Part shown: positions 11,363-24,100 of the stretch, in pieces
Position numbering within the stretch: position 1 is the first letter of the stretch
Layout: the number at the start of each line of letters is the position of its first letter
Source: Macrostomum lignano
Taxonomy: Eukaryota
Reading direction: 5' to 3'
Length of the DNA stretch: 32,696 nt
NCBI GenBank assembly: GCA_002269645.1
Contig: NIVC01004871.1
Location: 1 to 32,696, forward strand
Program-made: the position numbers and the translations under genes
The notes under the pieces: model-generated
Database searches by the model: none
What the model was told of the DNA's origin: nothing
Seen by the model: only the letters and a program-made list of their open reading frames with translations

Positions 11363-13477
11363 TCCTCGTAATACCGTTCTGAATGCAAAAGTTGAATGAT
11401 CCTAATTGCATAGTCAGTCATTTTCATTTCTGTAAATCTAAGAGTGCACCGTCGATAGCATTCCACTGAGAGCAAATTTACATTTTGCTGTCAAGAGGTA
11501 CATTGCGTTTGAGGTTGGCAAAAGCTAACAGAAGCCCTTGATGGCGTCCCGGCAAGCGTACACCGGTTCAATCTTTTACAGATCTAAATTCTAAGCCGTT
11601 TGCTGTGGTTCAATATCCAGTATATCAACTTTCCGAAGCACTTACGGAACAGGACTCCAATCAGCAAGAAACAGTTTGTTTTTGAGTGAAGCAATATAGT
11701 AGGGTAAACTTCTCTTCAAATCGATCAATTTTTCCTGGGACGTGTCCGGGTAGAGGCTACATGTATTTGAAAGGCCATTTCTCGAATACTCGATTAGAAT
11801 TACATGTACATGTACCAATTAAGCAGTGTTAAAAACGAGAGAATTACTGCATCCATGGCAGAAAGTGTTTAACAATGGAATGAAACAACTCAGAAACTGC
11901 TTGAATACTTTAGAACAAGTGTAAGCCGCAGCTCATTGCTACATACTTTTTAGTTTCCATCACATTTTATTAAAGTCGCTTAAAAACAACGCAAATCTCT
12001 CCACGTGAAATCTTATTTAAACAGTAATTTCATTTTGAGAACTGTACACCCTCATCCTATTTCAACAAAACTTTGCGATCCCACTGGCGTGTGTGAGCAC
12101 CTCCTAAACTTCTGCTCAACTCCACTCCTCCTGCTCAGCTCTATCTGCTTCCCAGGCGATCAATACCTGCCACACTGCAGGTGCTGCATCTCTTGTGGAA
12201 CAGAAGGTCCGGCGACCCTGCTACGAGAGCCGAGACTCTCTTCCCCTTCCTCTTCTTCCCCACCTCTCACTGTACACTTGGTGAGGAATAGGCGAGACAA
12301 AGGCGACCTCCCCCCTCATTTCTCAGAGTCCCAATCCACCTCGACCTGTACCGGCTCTGCAGCTGTGCACCCCAGGTGAGAGGCTTTGAGTACAGTACGC
12401 TTTTCTTCTGGGAGCCCGGGCCTGGCAGCAGCAGCGGCAGCGGTGGTGCGGCAGGTAGCAGCCAGGTGATTTTCTTGGTCGGACGGTAATTTTTGGGGGG
12501 CACAGAATTCCGCTTTAGCTCAGCCACTCTTTGCATCGGAGGGGCCGCGATGAAGAACAATGGAGCCTGGGTAGAGAGGAAACAGAATGAGTTGGGAGTG
12601 GGATGGTGATGGAGGCTGGATGCCTGCATCTATGCAGTTGCTCTTCCAGTTCAATTCAGGTGCACTGGCTTTGGCATACTCTTCAGCAGAGAAAGCTCCC
12701 GCTTAATAAAAGATGAGTACAAATGAGGGAAAATTTGGATATTTATCCATGCCTCTCACATTGTGTTGATTTAGGCTAACTGACGAGCTTCCATTGTTGC
12801 TTTTTTCCATCATCAGATTTCCCATGAAAGCTGGATCTGCTGGCTTCTGCAATTAATAAACATTCGATTCGATTAGTAAATAATGGCAAAGCATGCAGGC
12901 CCGAACTTGACTGGATGAAGGCCACTGGGGCTTTGAAATTGCACAGAGAATTAGGAAGCATCATTCGCTAGTGCAACAGCTTCTGTATTTTTTATCGCAG
13001 CTCCATACTTCTCAACAAGTTCGAAACAATGCTCCCAACTGTCTACTGTTCCATTTTGCAGTAGTATGTAGCGAGGAAAAACATGGACTTCAAATCATCA
13101 TTGATATTTTAATACACAGCCAGATCATTTTGAAGGTGCTTTGATTCGTATTTGCTGTTCAGAATGCAATAGATGAGAATTAAAGTTTACAACTGAGCAG
13201 GAAAACTCATAAGAAAGAAAGTCTACTAAAAATTTTACATCGAAACTAAGTCTATTGAAAAAATTAATACGAGTATATATGTATTAATATGCGCTTATAG
13301 CAATTTTAAGACCTAATTCGTAAATATTTTTACCGTCGAAAATAACATTGGAAAGCCGTTCAATGATTTTTAAAAGTCATAACATCTGTACTACTACACT
13401 GTATGTACCTGCAATTTTAAAAGCATCCCTACAAATATTCAAGCTGGCAAGGACAAACTTCTTGAATCATCACTGAG

Positions 13478-16400
13478 TCACAGTTCTGTGGAGATAACCT
13501 TCTTATTGCCACAATTTTCCGTTTTCACATCCGAGCGACTGTCAAACTGCGGACAGGCAGACACTTGCGGATGGTCTCCCAACAGGTGCTCGCTGGCCCA
13601 CCAGTCTCCGTCCTCGGCTGAGGGCACAGCGATGCTGCAGGCAAACGATTGACCGCTGACGGCGTCCACTGGTCGAATTGTCACCGGCGCAAAAGCCTCG
13701 CCGGTGTCGGCATAGGCGTCTAGCAGGTCGTGCAGCTCCGGGTAGTGATGACGCAGGCTGACGCCTCGGTCTCGAAGTGAGCGCCGCAGGCTGGCAACAA
13801 ACATCTGCCTGCGCTCTCTAGGCGGCGGTTGCGGAGTTTGCGCTCGCTGCGGCTCAGCCGCGAGACGGGCGCAGAGACGAGCCGCGCCGATGGCTAAAGA
13901 CACAACAAATTCGTTTCAGGATTGTAGGCGGCGCAAGCTTCCCTAAGATCCACGGATTCTCCGATTGAAGCAGACTCGAGCAGCTCTTCAACTGGCGTGT
14001 AGATTGGCGGTTTTTGAAGATGGCTGACCCTGGAATCGCTGCCGACGTTGAATAGCAGGAGCACGCAACCGCGGCCCAGACATCGATGAGAAGCTTGAGC
14101 CAGTCGAGCCAATCGACGATGCGTTTCCGGACGCCGCAAGAGCCAGTCAACGAGGAGACGACGGCAGGCTGCTCCAGGAGACACTGGTTATCTCCAAACA
14201 GGCTGGACAAAGAAGCGCCGTTGATGAGGGCGCTGTCATCTCTGGCTGCCACCAGGGCTGAAATCATCTCCCCGTACTTGCCGACGCGATTGGAGCCGCC
14301 CTTCTCAAGTTCAGCGAGCGATTCTCCGAACTGTTCCAGCTGGCTGTCTACCAATGCCAGAAGCTCACGCTGCTCTTCTTCATTACCAATGTCCGGTTCG
14401 GTCTGGCAATAAATAACGCCAGCCAAAGCATTTGGTGCCGCTTCTGCGCTGCCTGAGTTTACATTCTCGTGCTCAGACTTGTCTCGAGAAAACTCAACCG
14501 TTTGCCGAACAATGCGTCTATACACGACTGAAGTTTGCACCACCGTGCTCTCCTCGACAGCTCTGTCGCTACCGGATGGATGACTGACGCGTGAAAAGTC
14601 TGAAGGCACTGGGCTGTTAATTCTTAATTCTTGAATCGGCGAAGACTTTGCTGACGGGCTGTTTTGGGCCTCAAAGTAAAATGAATGAGAAGAGTTGCTG
14701 GAGTTACTGTCAAAGTTATTGACTGGCCCATTAAACTCTGTTTGACTGCCGTCATTACCATTCTGCTCGATCATGGATGGTAATTTCTCATGTCGGTTGC
14801 CCATCTGCGGTGACACTGAATGCGTTGGAAGCCCGTTAAGCTGATCGGTTCTGCTTGACACAGGTTCACTTTGAATGTGAATACTTGGTGGTGCTTGATT
14901 AAAACCCTGCACGGCCGGAGCATGCTGCAAATCGTCCTGTTTCTGTGCTGGCGATTCAACTGAACCTGGGGTGAGGATGGTTTAATTTGCTGTCGGTCTC
15001 TGCTCGTCTGTGGCGTTTCATTTAAAACTTCTGCTCTGCCATAATCGGATTGTTTCATGTGCGATCTTGATGTCCCCTCAAAAACGGTAGAATTGTTTTC
15101 CTGACAGTTTGGAGAAAGAAACTGTGCTAATGTTTGTCTAGGAGGAGGCAGGGGCACGTCACCTGCTTCGCTGGATGGTTGCCCCACCATCGACTTTATA
15201 GCAGCAGAAGCGATTGCCAATGCCCTATCTCTGTCTGACATTCTTTGTGCCACCGGACTTCTTGGCGGTGGTGGCGGTGGTGCTGGTGGAAAGTGGTTTG
15301 TTTCGTTTGTTTGCGTCGTTGTCGAAGCAGCTATCGCGGCTGAGGCAATTGCGATTGCCTCTGCACGACCGGACAATCGTGAAGGTGGTGGGGAGGAGAT
15401 TCAAATACGAAGTTACCTAGAGGTTGGTGAGGGGTCTTATCACGCGAGTCTCCAGTTGATGTACTGACAATAGAAGCGCTATCACGAGCAGTTGCGCCTG
15501 GCTCAAGTTTCATTCTTGGCGGCAATGGTGGTGGAGCGCGCGTTCCAAAGCTTAGAGAAGCTCCTTGTGTCGATGGAGCAATGGACGCTGCAGCAATAGC
15601 CAGTTCATTGGCACGAGCTGACGATTGCTGCTCCTGCTGGCTTCTCGCTTCTGTTCTGGAGTATGTGTCTGATTCTTTAGGCACAAAATCTTTTGGGGTC
15701 AGAGTCACTGGCTCCAACGATGGTCGGTGCATCCGGGATTGAATTTCGACTAGACGTTGTCGCCTGACTTCCTGGCCTTCGCGAAGTAGCTCACTGCGTG
15801 TCTTGGCTATCCCCTTCGTTTCAGGCTTGCTGATAACTGGCTGATTCTGAGAGCCAGGAGTTAAGTCTTTGTTCAGTTGTTCCGGTCGCACCGCAAGCAG
15901 ACAGGGCAAACTCACGCTCGTCGGAAGAATAATCGGTCTCAAGTAGCTCTCTTCCACTTCGACTGGAGAGTCTATGATGGTTTCCGTTGGCTCCGTCTCG
16001 ACCGATGTCTGAATCGGTTTCAAAGATGCTGAGATAGCAAGGTCATTGGTGCTCATGCTGGCATGAGAAGTCCCATCTTTTTGCCTAGAGTATCTACTAC
16101 TAGTTTCCGGTGTAGCACTACTGCATCCATTGAGTGGCACTTTGTCCATCCATGGAGGAATTCGGAGTCGAGACAAAGATCGGCAAATTTCCTTTTCTGT
16201 ATCGGTTGTTGCCCGTTCTTCTAGTCGCTCAATGAAGCTCTTTCTTTCTTTCTTCTTTTTCTGGCTTTTGCGCTTGGAATTTGACCGACTAATTGCGTTA
16301 CCTACGCCAGTCTCAGCTGCCGACTCGCGGTCTTGGCTATCTACTATGCCAGTGAGGTTTAGCAGACTCCGAGAACGTCTTTTTATGGCTCCTGGAGACT

Positions 16401-18119
16401 GAATCATTGTAGGCTGCAGCAGTGTATCTACATCCGTCTCCTTGACAACACTATGATAAGTCTCTTCACCCGTATCAATATTTGTTTCCATTAGTGATGG
16501 ACTAAAACTACTTACCGAGCCAATATTATCCATTGCTGATCTAGAAAGATCGAAGAGTGAAACGGAATTAAATTGGCCTGGTTGGGCTTCAAGAAGACTC
16601 ACGATAGTATGAGGGTGTGATGCTTGCTCGCAGTCTAAGTCATCGAGCTTGTCAAGATCTGTAGATCGACAACCTTGCAGTCTGCGTTTCTGCTGCTGCG
16701 AATTTCGAACTAAATTATCATCCAGTATTTCTTTTAAAGAATGTGCAAAAGTAGACACGTCATATCCTTGGTTACCGTCGCTGTTCCTTCTGGATTTCGG
16801 TCTTTCGACGGGCTCTTGTCTGGTACACGTAGATAAGCTTGCTTGGTATGTCCCTCTGTCCAACAATTGCTCCCAGAGTGAGTCGCGACCTCTGAGGAAC
16901 ACATCCTTAGCTCGTCGCATCCTCTCTTGGTCCGACTGCAGTTGATTAGAACTGCTGAAATGGTTGAGGTTTGACGCTGACTCGGCCTCACTAAGCTGTT
17001 GCTGCAGAACTGAGCGATAAGTGGTAGTTTGCGCTCGAATTTTCGTTGGTTGAACCGCACCAGAGTCGCTTTCCGATGTTTGAAAATTTTCGCTCTCAGT
17101 AGTGTCAGTCTCTGACGCTGATTCTTCATCGCCTGAAGATTCTATGTAGGCGCTCTCGACAGACATCTCAGGCTTTGGGATGTCAACTGCCGAGGATGTG
17201 ACAAGCAGCTGCTCCTCCGTCACTACTGTATGCGTTTGAGGATTAGGAGCGGTCAGCGAGTTTTGGGCCGAGCCTGGAAGAAGCTTGAGTATGTGCTCTC
17301 CAGATGCACTCTGGTTAGACGAGTGGCCTTTACCCTGCGAATTTTCTATAGCTTGGCACCAACCGTCATTGATGTCACCTCTAGCAAGGGGTAGTTGCGG
17401 CTGGGGCTCAACATCGCACTGGGTGGAGATCAGAATTCGGTAGCGACTAACGCCACCGCCGTTTCTCATCACAGTTGATGTGGCAATGCTGGCCGCTCGA
17501 GCTGCCGCTCTGGCGACCGCTATATTGACAGTGGCGCCTGTTGCCTCTGTGACGGCACTCGCCTCGTCCCCAGTTGGTTGATCATTGGTGTCGCGAACCT
17601 CAGCCTTGGATGAAGCAATCACTCGTACCTGAGCGGACACCGATGCGGATGCTGGAATTTTATGACAATTAGGGATGAAGATGCATGTATACGCTCGTAA
17701 AAGGAATGGAAATGATTTCAGTGCTGCATGTATAGCAACTCACCAACGCTCGCATCCCGATTATTCTTCAACGCGACTGTTCCTTTCGTTGCTTCATCTT
17801 GACAAGAAGGACTTCCGTCCACGTCTGGCGCTTCGTCAGTATCGGATTCCGAACATGAGGATGATGAGGTGCTCTCAGCCTCCGCGATAGCGTCAAGCTG
17901 TTGTGGCTGCAGCCTCAGACTCCAGCGGCGCATGTCTTCCTCTGTTCGGAGCTGTTGAGGCTGCTCAGGCTGCACTGGCTTCTGCTGAGTCGGAGCTTGC
18001 TGCTCAAGATCCACAGATGCCTCAGAAGACTCAGATGAATAAGTTGACGTTGAAGTTGAAGTTGAATCTGAACTTGAATTAGCAGTGGATCTTGACGATC
18101 CGGGGTCGCTTGGTTGATC
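13478..18119 (-). CDS. AJM1: AJM1 (apical junction component 1 / ajm-1)-like protein; exons 18119-17744, 17651-15417 and 15360-13478, about 1,498 aa from these exons
   Basis: Reconstructed C-terminus CRRLL..HRRLARLA..GRGCVLLLF..PIY..YNPETNFVVSLAIG..RERRQMFVASLRRSLRDRGVSLRHHYPEL..FAPVTIRPVDAVSGQSFACSI..DWWASEHLLGD parallels the human AJM1 C-terminus as I recall it (RELRLRGVFLRHEFP..FTPTTIYPTD..TGRPFMCMI..DWVASANLLDD). GT-AG introns of 92 nt (GTGAGT) and 56 nt (GTAACT) preserve frame. Three single-base homopolymer additions are needed in the last exon. Confidence 0.78.
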
Positions 18120-19001
18120 CTATAGAACGATGGAATGTTTCACATTGAAGGAATTTTTACGAGTTAAATGTGGGAACTAAATTTTGCAATCACATGCACA
18201 AATACGTACCTCGTTATTTGGTTTCGTCTTCTGATACGGCTTTTTCTAAAATGCGTTAAATACATGAAATTTGCTAAGAGACACGATTTTTACCGACCAG
18301 AGCGGGAAGACAAGTTAAAATGTATTTAGTAAAACAAAATGGCGTTAACTTGAAAGAAAAGCTTTGAATTCTGCGGAATCTAAAACTTATGTCTGGACCA
18401 TTCCAAATTTAAAAGCAGTATAGCTATTGATTAACGCTGATATACGCACGCGGTGTGCTGTGTCATTCTAGAGCAACCCTGCTGCCTGCAGCCCTTCGAC
18501 ACTATGCAGGGCGTCCCAGTTAAACCGTCTCTCCCTCTCTTATCCATGTGAGTAAACGCGCTCTGCATTTTTCTTTCCCGTTTTCTCGCCCTCCTGTAGG
18601 AGGGGACTATTTCCCGTGGTAAAGAGGAGTGGGGTGGGTTGAACTTCTTCGCCGATTGAATGGAGATCGGGAGCACAAACCAACCAATTTTATACCGTTG
18701 GCCAAGCCACTGCCTATGTACTCGTAATTAATAATTTCCCGACTCGATTGTAGCAACATTCTTTGATATCTGTACCTAGCTCGTAATGTCGGGGACAATG
18801 CCATAGCTTGGAGAATACAAGCGTATAATGGAATTTAAAGTGAAATTACGCAAATCAAACGCATTCCTAGAAAAGGGTAGACAAAAGTAGACAAGCATAC
18901 ATATAATTATCAGGTACTGTTTAAAGGTACGGCCCCAAGTAAAGTGCATAAGAGACAGAAGAAGCTAGAAGCTTAAAAAATCATCGGCAAGAGCTTCTCA
19001 C

Positions 19002-19707
19002 CTGAAGCTTGAATCTGATGAGGGAGTTGAAATCCACCAAGATCTGCAATCGTACTCTCGGCGTCTTGTTTGAACACTGCGTCGTTGTCAACCTCATCGT
19101 CGGTGGCGGTAGCGTCGGATATCTCGTCCGAGCTCTCCTCCAGAATCGGATACAGGCAGCGACCGTTGCTGGGCAGGCTTGACGAGAAGTACAATGAGCT
19201 GCTGCCGCCCTCCCGCAGAATTTCCTGAATGCTCTTCAGCTCCTGTTGGTTGCTGTCATTGCCTTGCGGCACAAACAGAAATTCTGAATCCACTTCTTCG
19301 CCTTCCTCTTCAGTCGCCGGAGACACTGCATCCTGCATGGAAGCCGAATCGGCATCCAGGTACCAGGTGCTGTCGGAACTGTCGCCGCTGCTGCCTCGGG
19401 ACCAGCGCGGAGGAGGCGGTGGCGGCTCATCTAGACTCAATGCTTCTAGCGACTGCGCCCGCCAATCAAGCTGCTCTTCCTGCCGCTCAGTCTTGGGCTT
19501 CATCAGCCAGTGCGGCTGCGGCTGGCTGGCCGCCCGCGGCCAAGTCAAGTCTGGCCTGCCGTCCTCTCCTTCAGAGGAGTCCAGAGCATCAGCGAAGTTG
19601 GTTGGCTGTCTGCGAAGCTGCATCGCAGGCTGCAAACTATCTGAGTGACGAAACTCTTGACTGTTCACCGTCAAGTCAGTTGAATTGTAGTGCACCCACT
19701 TCTGCAT
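19002..19707 (-). CDS. Acidic Ser/Pro-rich coding exon, probable upstream exon of the AJM1-like gene (or a separate short gene)
   Basis: 252-codon open frame with composition like the downstream exons; first ATG at 19707; donor TCAG|GTGAG at 19002/19001. Phase does not match the best acceptor at 18119, so linkage is unresolved. Confidence 0.55.
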
Positions 19708-21190
19708 GCTCTGTCTGAAGGAGGAGGTCAAAGATTTCGGCTGCCGGCCACGTTGGGAAATTCTTCAGTTCTTTTTTTTAATTTTAACAAAGACGCGACT
19801 GGAATAGTCTAAGACTTGCATGCCAAATGTTGAGCATTTCCTCTCTATTCCTCTATACTTGGGCGCCGCATGACGCAGTGAAAGAAGTTGCCCCCAGTCT
19901 TGCAAAGAAAAGACTCTCTCGGGCTAAATAAAGAAGTTTGTTTAAAGCACATTGCCAACACAATTAAGAGGCCACAGGCTCGGCTGCAGACTGGAACGCA
20001 AGGGCGTCTTTTTGGGCGGAGCTGGCCAGGCGTGTTCGGGTCTGTCTGCGTCATGCTCTCCAGTGCGTGAGCGGCTTCTGCATTGCAAGCGATGTACAAG
20101 AGTACAGCCGACCTTCCTCAGAGTGTGCAGAGAAATTCTGCATAAAAAAACTTTATTCTGCCTTGTCGAAGACTGTTTTCGACTAAAAAGTGGCTATGGG
20201 TAAGGCATATATATCTTATTGTGAGGGAATGCTGGCCAGAAAAATAAGCGAACCTGCATGCTTTGCCTCTCTGATCTGCATGAAAAACTTTTTACGTTAC
20301 AGTTTACAGCACTCCATCAGCTGGAGTCTTGCTTGTAACAATCCTTAGCAAAAATTCGCAAATTATAAGCACTACTACATGTACCTGTACATAATGTATC
20401 CAGTGTAAAAGAAGCAAACAGCGGCAGCAGCCCTTTTAGCATGATTCTTATTGGCCAGTTTGTGCGCATCATTTGTATGAAAGCAGTTTTAAGATGCCAA
20501 ATGTTAACGGTTCGAGCTAGCTTTCAGTTCAAATTGATCCAACATTGATCTAAAGCGCTATTGTCATGTAGACTCCGGATAGAAGTTGCTTTACCGATAC
20601 ATGCAGTATATGGACGACTAACGTAAAAGTACGCAAGGTCAAGGATGTCATAGATACGAAGTACGAAGAAACGTACATGCATACGAAGAGATTACAAAGT
20701 CCCTTTCTGATTCAACGAGTTGACTACTGAAAATTATAATTTGTACAACTGATTGAATATACATATGTACATGCACGCACAAGGACCACGTTATATACAG
20801 AGGTCCTTCCATACGAATTACATAGTCAAAAGGGGCGTAATTATAAATGCATCATTCTGAACTTCAGTTTTAATTCTACATCATCTGCAGCAACAGCACG
20901 TCTGTAAATCAAATTGCCTTTTTAGCTGAAAATAATTAAGCATTAATGATATCAAAATGGCATGATCAATGGATCTACATGTAACTGTACTGTGCGAGTT
21001 CACTTCAAATAAGACGAGAAAAGGACTACTAGACTAGAACAACAACATTCCAGTGTTCCTTAGATACAAACCACTTACTTACTTAGCCACTTACTTAGCT
21101 ACAGGGCGGTCCGAAGTCGCAGCGGGAAGGCGAGCGTCGCCCATTCCGCTAATCCCTGAAAGACCCGCATAGGCTAGGGCGCGGGGCCGG

Positions 21191-24100
21191 TCAGGGAGGT
21201 CTGCCGGTCCTGTCTGCAGCGTTGTCTTCGGTGGGGAAGACGGAGGCTCGCTTGGTGGCCCGGAGGAACCGGATGAGCCGTGGGGTGTTCTCGGGCCGGC
21301 AAACGTCGTCCAGGGACGGGTAGGGCCCGAGGTGGTTGAGCCGGTCTCGGTTGAAGGCCGGGCAGTAGCAGACGAAGTGCTTGGCATCTTCGTTCTCGAG
21401 GTTGCAGAAAGGGCAGAGTTCGCTCCGGCGGGCACTTCAAAGGAAACAGTGCCTGGCAAAGCAACCGTGACCTGTGAAGGTCATAGTGAGAGCGCGGATA
21501 TCTTTTCGATTTTGGTTCAAAAGGATTCTCCGCAGCTTGAGGGACGGATTGGGCACTGCCGCACGAGATTGGCGGCAGTTGGAGATACCATCCCATCTGC
21601 GCAAGTGCAGGATGTCCGCCCAGTCGTTAATATGACATTAATGACCGTGGCGGGGATGGGGGCCAGGGGCACGGGGCCAAGGGGCGAGCCGGAACAGCCT
21701 GCCTTAGCGAGGGAGTCGGCGAGCTCGTTACCTTTGAAGCCGGCGTGTCCTGGGATCCACGTAAGCCGGACGGTGTTCCTCCGAGCCAGCTTGTTGAGCT
21801 GCCCGATACAGTCGCGGACTGTTCGGGAGTTCGTAGTGGTGTGACACAGGGCCTGCAAAGCGGCCTGGCTGTCAGAGTGGAAGAAAATTCTTCTGTCCTT
21901 GAAGTCCCTGCAGTGGAGCTCAGCTGCACAGGAGCTGATGGCAAGGACTTCGTTCTGGAAGACGCTGGAGAGTCTGCCAGTGTGTTGGGCGTGAGTAGCG
22001 ATCACGCGGCCGTTGATAAGGATGCAGACTCCAAAGCCGGATAAACCGTCTTTGGAGGATCCGTCAGTAAAGCAGTGAACCTTCTGAGGGGCCCAGCTGT
22101 CGTCGGCGTTCTCCCTAGAGGGGATAGTGACCTTGAAGCGTTGGTAGAGATTGAGGGAGCGCGGCTCAGCGTCCGAAAGGACAGCCGCATTCCCACTCTC
22201 CTCCAGAACTTTAAGGCTTTGGTCAGAGTGCGGCAGGAGCTTGCGCTTCGCCATCGCTCTTTGTGGCTTGAAGCTAACGCCAGCCTCGATGAGCCGGCGG
22301 GTGGTTTTAGCAGCCTCGCGACGGACAAAGATGTCCAGAGGCGGGAGGCAAAGAAAGGCGTTAAGGCCGTCAAAGGGAGCAGAGAGCGGGGCATTCAGGA
22401 TCATGCGGCACGCACGTCCCTGCACCTTTTTGAGGGCTTCGTGGCAGGTTTTAATCTGCAAGGCGCTGGTCCAGACCAGGCCGGCGTAAGTAACGGCCGG
22501 TCGGACCATTGCGGTATAGATCCACCAGAGCCGTTTCGGGGTGAGGCCCTAGGTGGTGCCGACGGCTCTGCGCAGCTGCGCAAGAATCGCGAGGGCTTTT
22601 TTGGTTTTGGCCTGGACGTGGGTGGACCAGCTCAGCCGGTGGTCCAGCGTAACGCCGAGACACTTGGTTTGCTTGCAGGATGGGATTTCCACCTCGTAAA
22701 GCTTTAGTCGGCGAATACGCCAGTTAACCCTGCTGGTGAACATGATCGCAACAGTTTTGGTCTCAGAGAGCCTGAGGCCGCACCTGTCCGCCTATTATTC
22801 AGCAGAACGAATAAAGTTTTGCAGAAGGTCCCTAAGGGTTTCAGGTGACGGACCGGATGCCACGGCTGTGACATCATCGGCGTAACCGACCTTAAGGATG
22901 GGGTCAAGATGGCTGTCCTGGAGGAGCTCATCGATGACCATGTTCCAGAGAACTGGAGAGAGGACACCGTCCTGGAGGCTGCCTTTGCAAATGGTTACCG
23001 TCCGTTGGTGGCCCAACAGGTGTGCATGATCCACCGGGTGAGGTGCGAGTGGGTTCCTCTAGCACGTAGAGCTCTGTCGAAAGCCTTAAAGAGGACATTA
23101 TCGAAGGCTCCAACAATGTCGAGGAAGACAGCGAGAGCGTAGCCATTACCAAGAACGGCTTTCTCCAGCATGTCAACCAAGACATGAAGCGCACTCTCCG
23201 TGGACCTGCCTGGCCGAAAGGTGTGCTGGTTCTCACTGAGCGGCTTGTTCTTCAGTTCCACAGAGAGGAGGCGCCAGAGCACCAGTCTCTCTAACAGCTT
23301 CACCAGTGAGGAGGTGAGGCTAATTGGTCTGAAGGATTTAATGGACCGGTAGACCGGTCGGCCGGGCTTGGGGATAAAAACCACCTTGGCCTCGGTCCAG
23401 GGTTTCGGAACAAAGCCGAGAGCAATGCAAGGTTTTAGAAGCCGGCAAAGGTTCCGCATGAAACCGGTGCATTTCACCGCCTCTCGCAGGAAGGCTGGCA
23501 CAACGCCGTCCGGTCCTGGGGATTTGAAGGGTTTGAAGGAGGAGACTGCTTTAGTAACGCGGTCCTCCGTGATGATTGAGTCAGCCAGTACGTGACCGCC
23601 CATTGAGTGATCAGGGGGGTCGGGCCTGGCTGGCTCGTTCGGGAAAAACGCTGTTTTTCTTCCAGTGTTTCTCCTGGGTTCTCAGTGAGCGAGCCGTCGG
23701 CTCTCTTGACTGAGGAGAGTTTGGACATTTTGTCCAGGGTGAGGGCTTTAACGATTCTGGAGGTGGGGCGGGAGCTCTCAAGTTCCTCACAGTATTCGCG
23801 CCACTTGTTGGTTTTGGCGTTCCTAACCCGCCTCTTGAATTCGTGGATAGCGTCAGGTAGGCGGTTTGGTCGGCCCGGTTTTGAGTTTTTTGGGCTCTAC
23901 GGTGAAGCCTTTTGGCTCTGCGACGGAGGTCGCCAAGCTGCGGATTCCACCATGGGGCCGACTGTTTGCCTTTATATGCTTTTAGTGGGCATGAGGCTTC
24001 GAAGGCAGCAGTGAACGAGTCCGTAAGTGCGGCCGCAAAATCATCTGCTTCCTCGCAGGTGTTGATGGAGACTGGAGCGCTAGTGCAGCGATAGGTCTCC

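Noticed and set aside
19845-20203. Short ORFs on both strands upstream of the acidic exon
   Set aside because: No domain or convincing splice connection; more likely 5' UTR or promoter DNA.
21332-22707. Long plus-strand ORFs (170 and 210 aa) and others within 21-26 kb
   Set aside because: Antisense shadows of the GC-rich retrotransposon ORFs.
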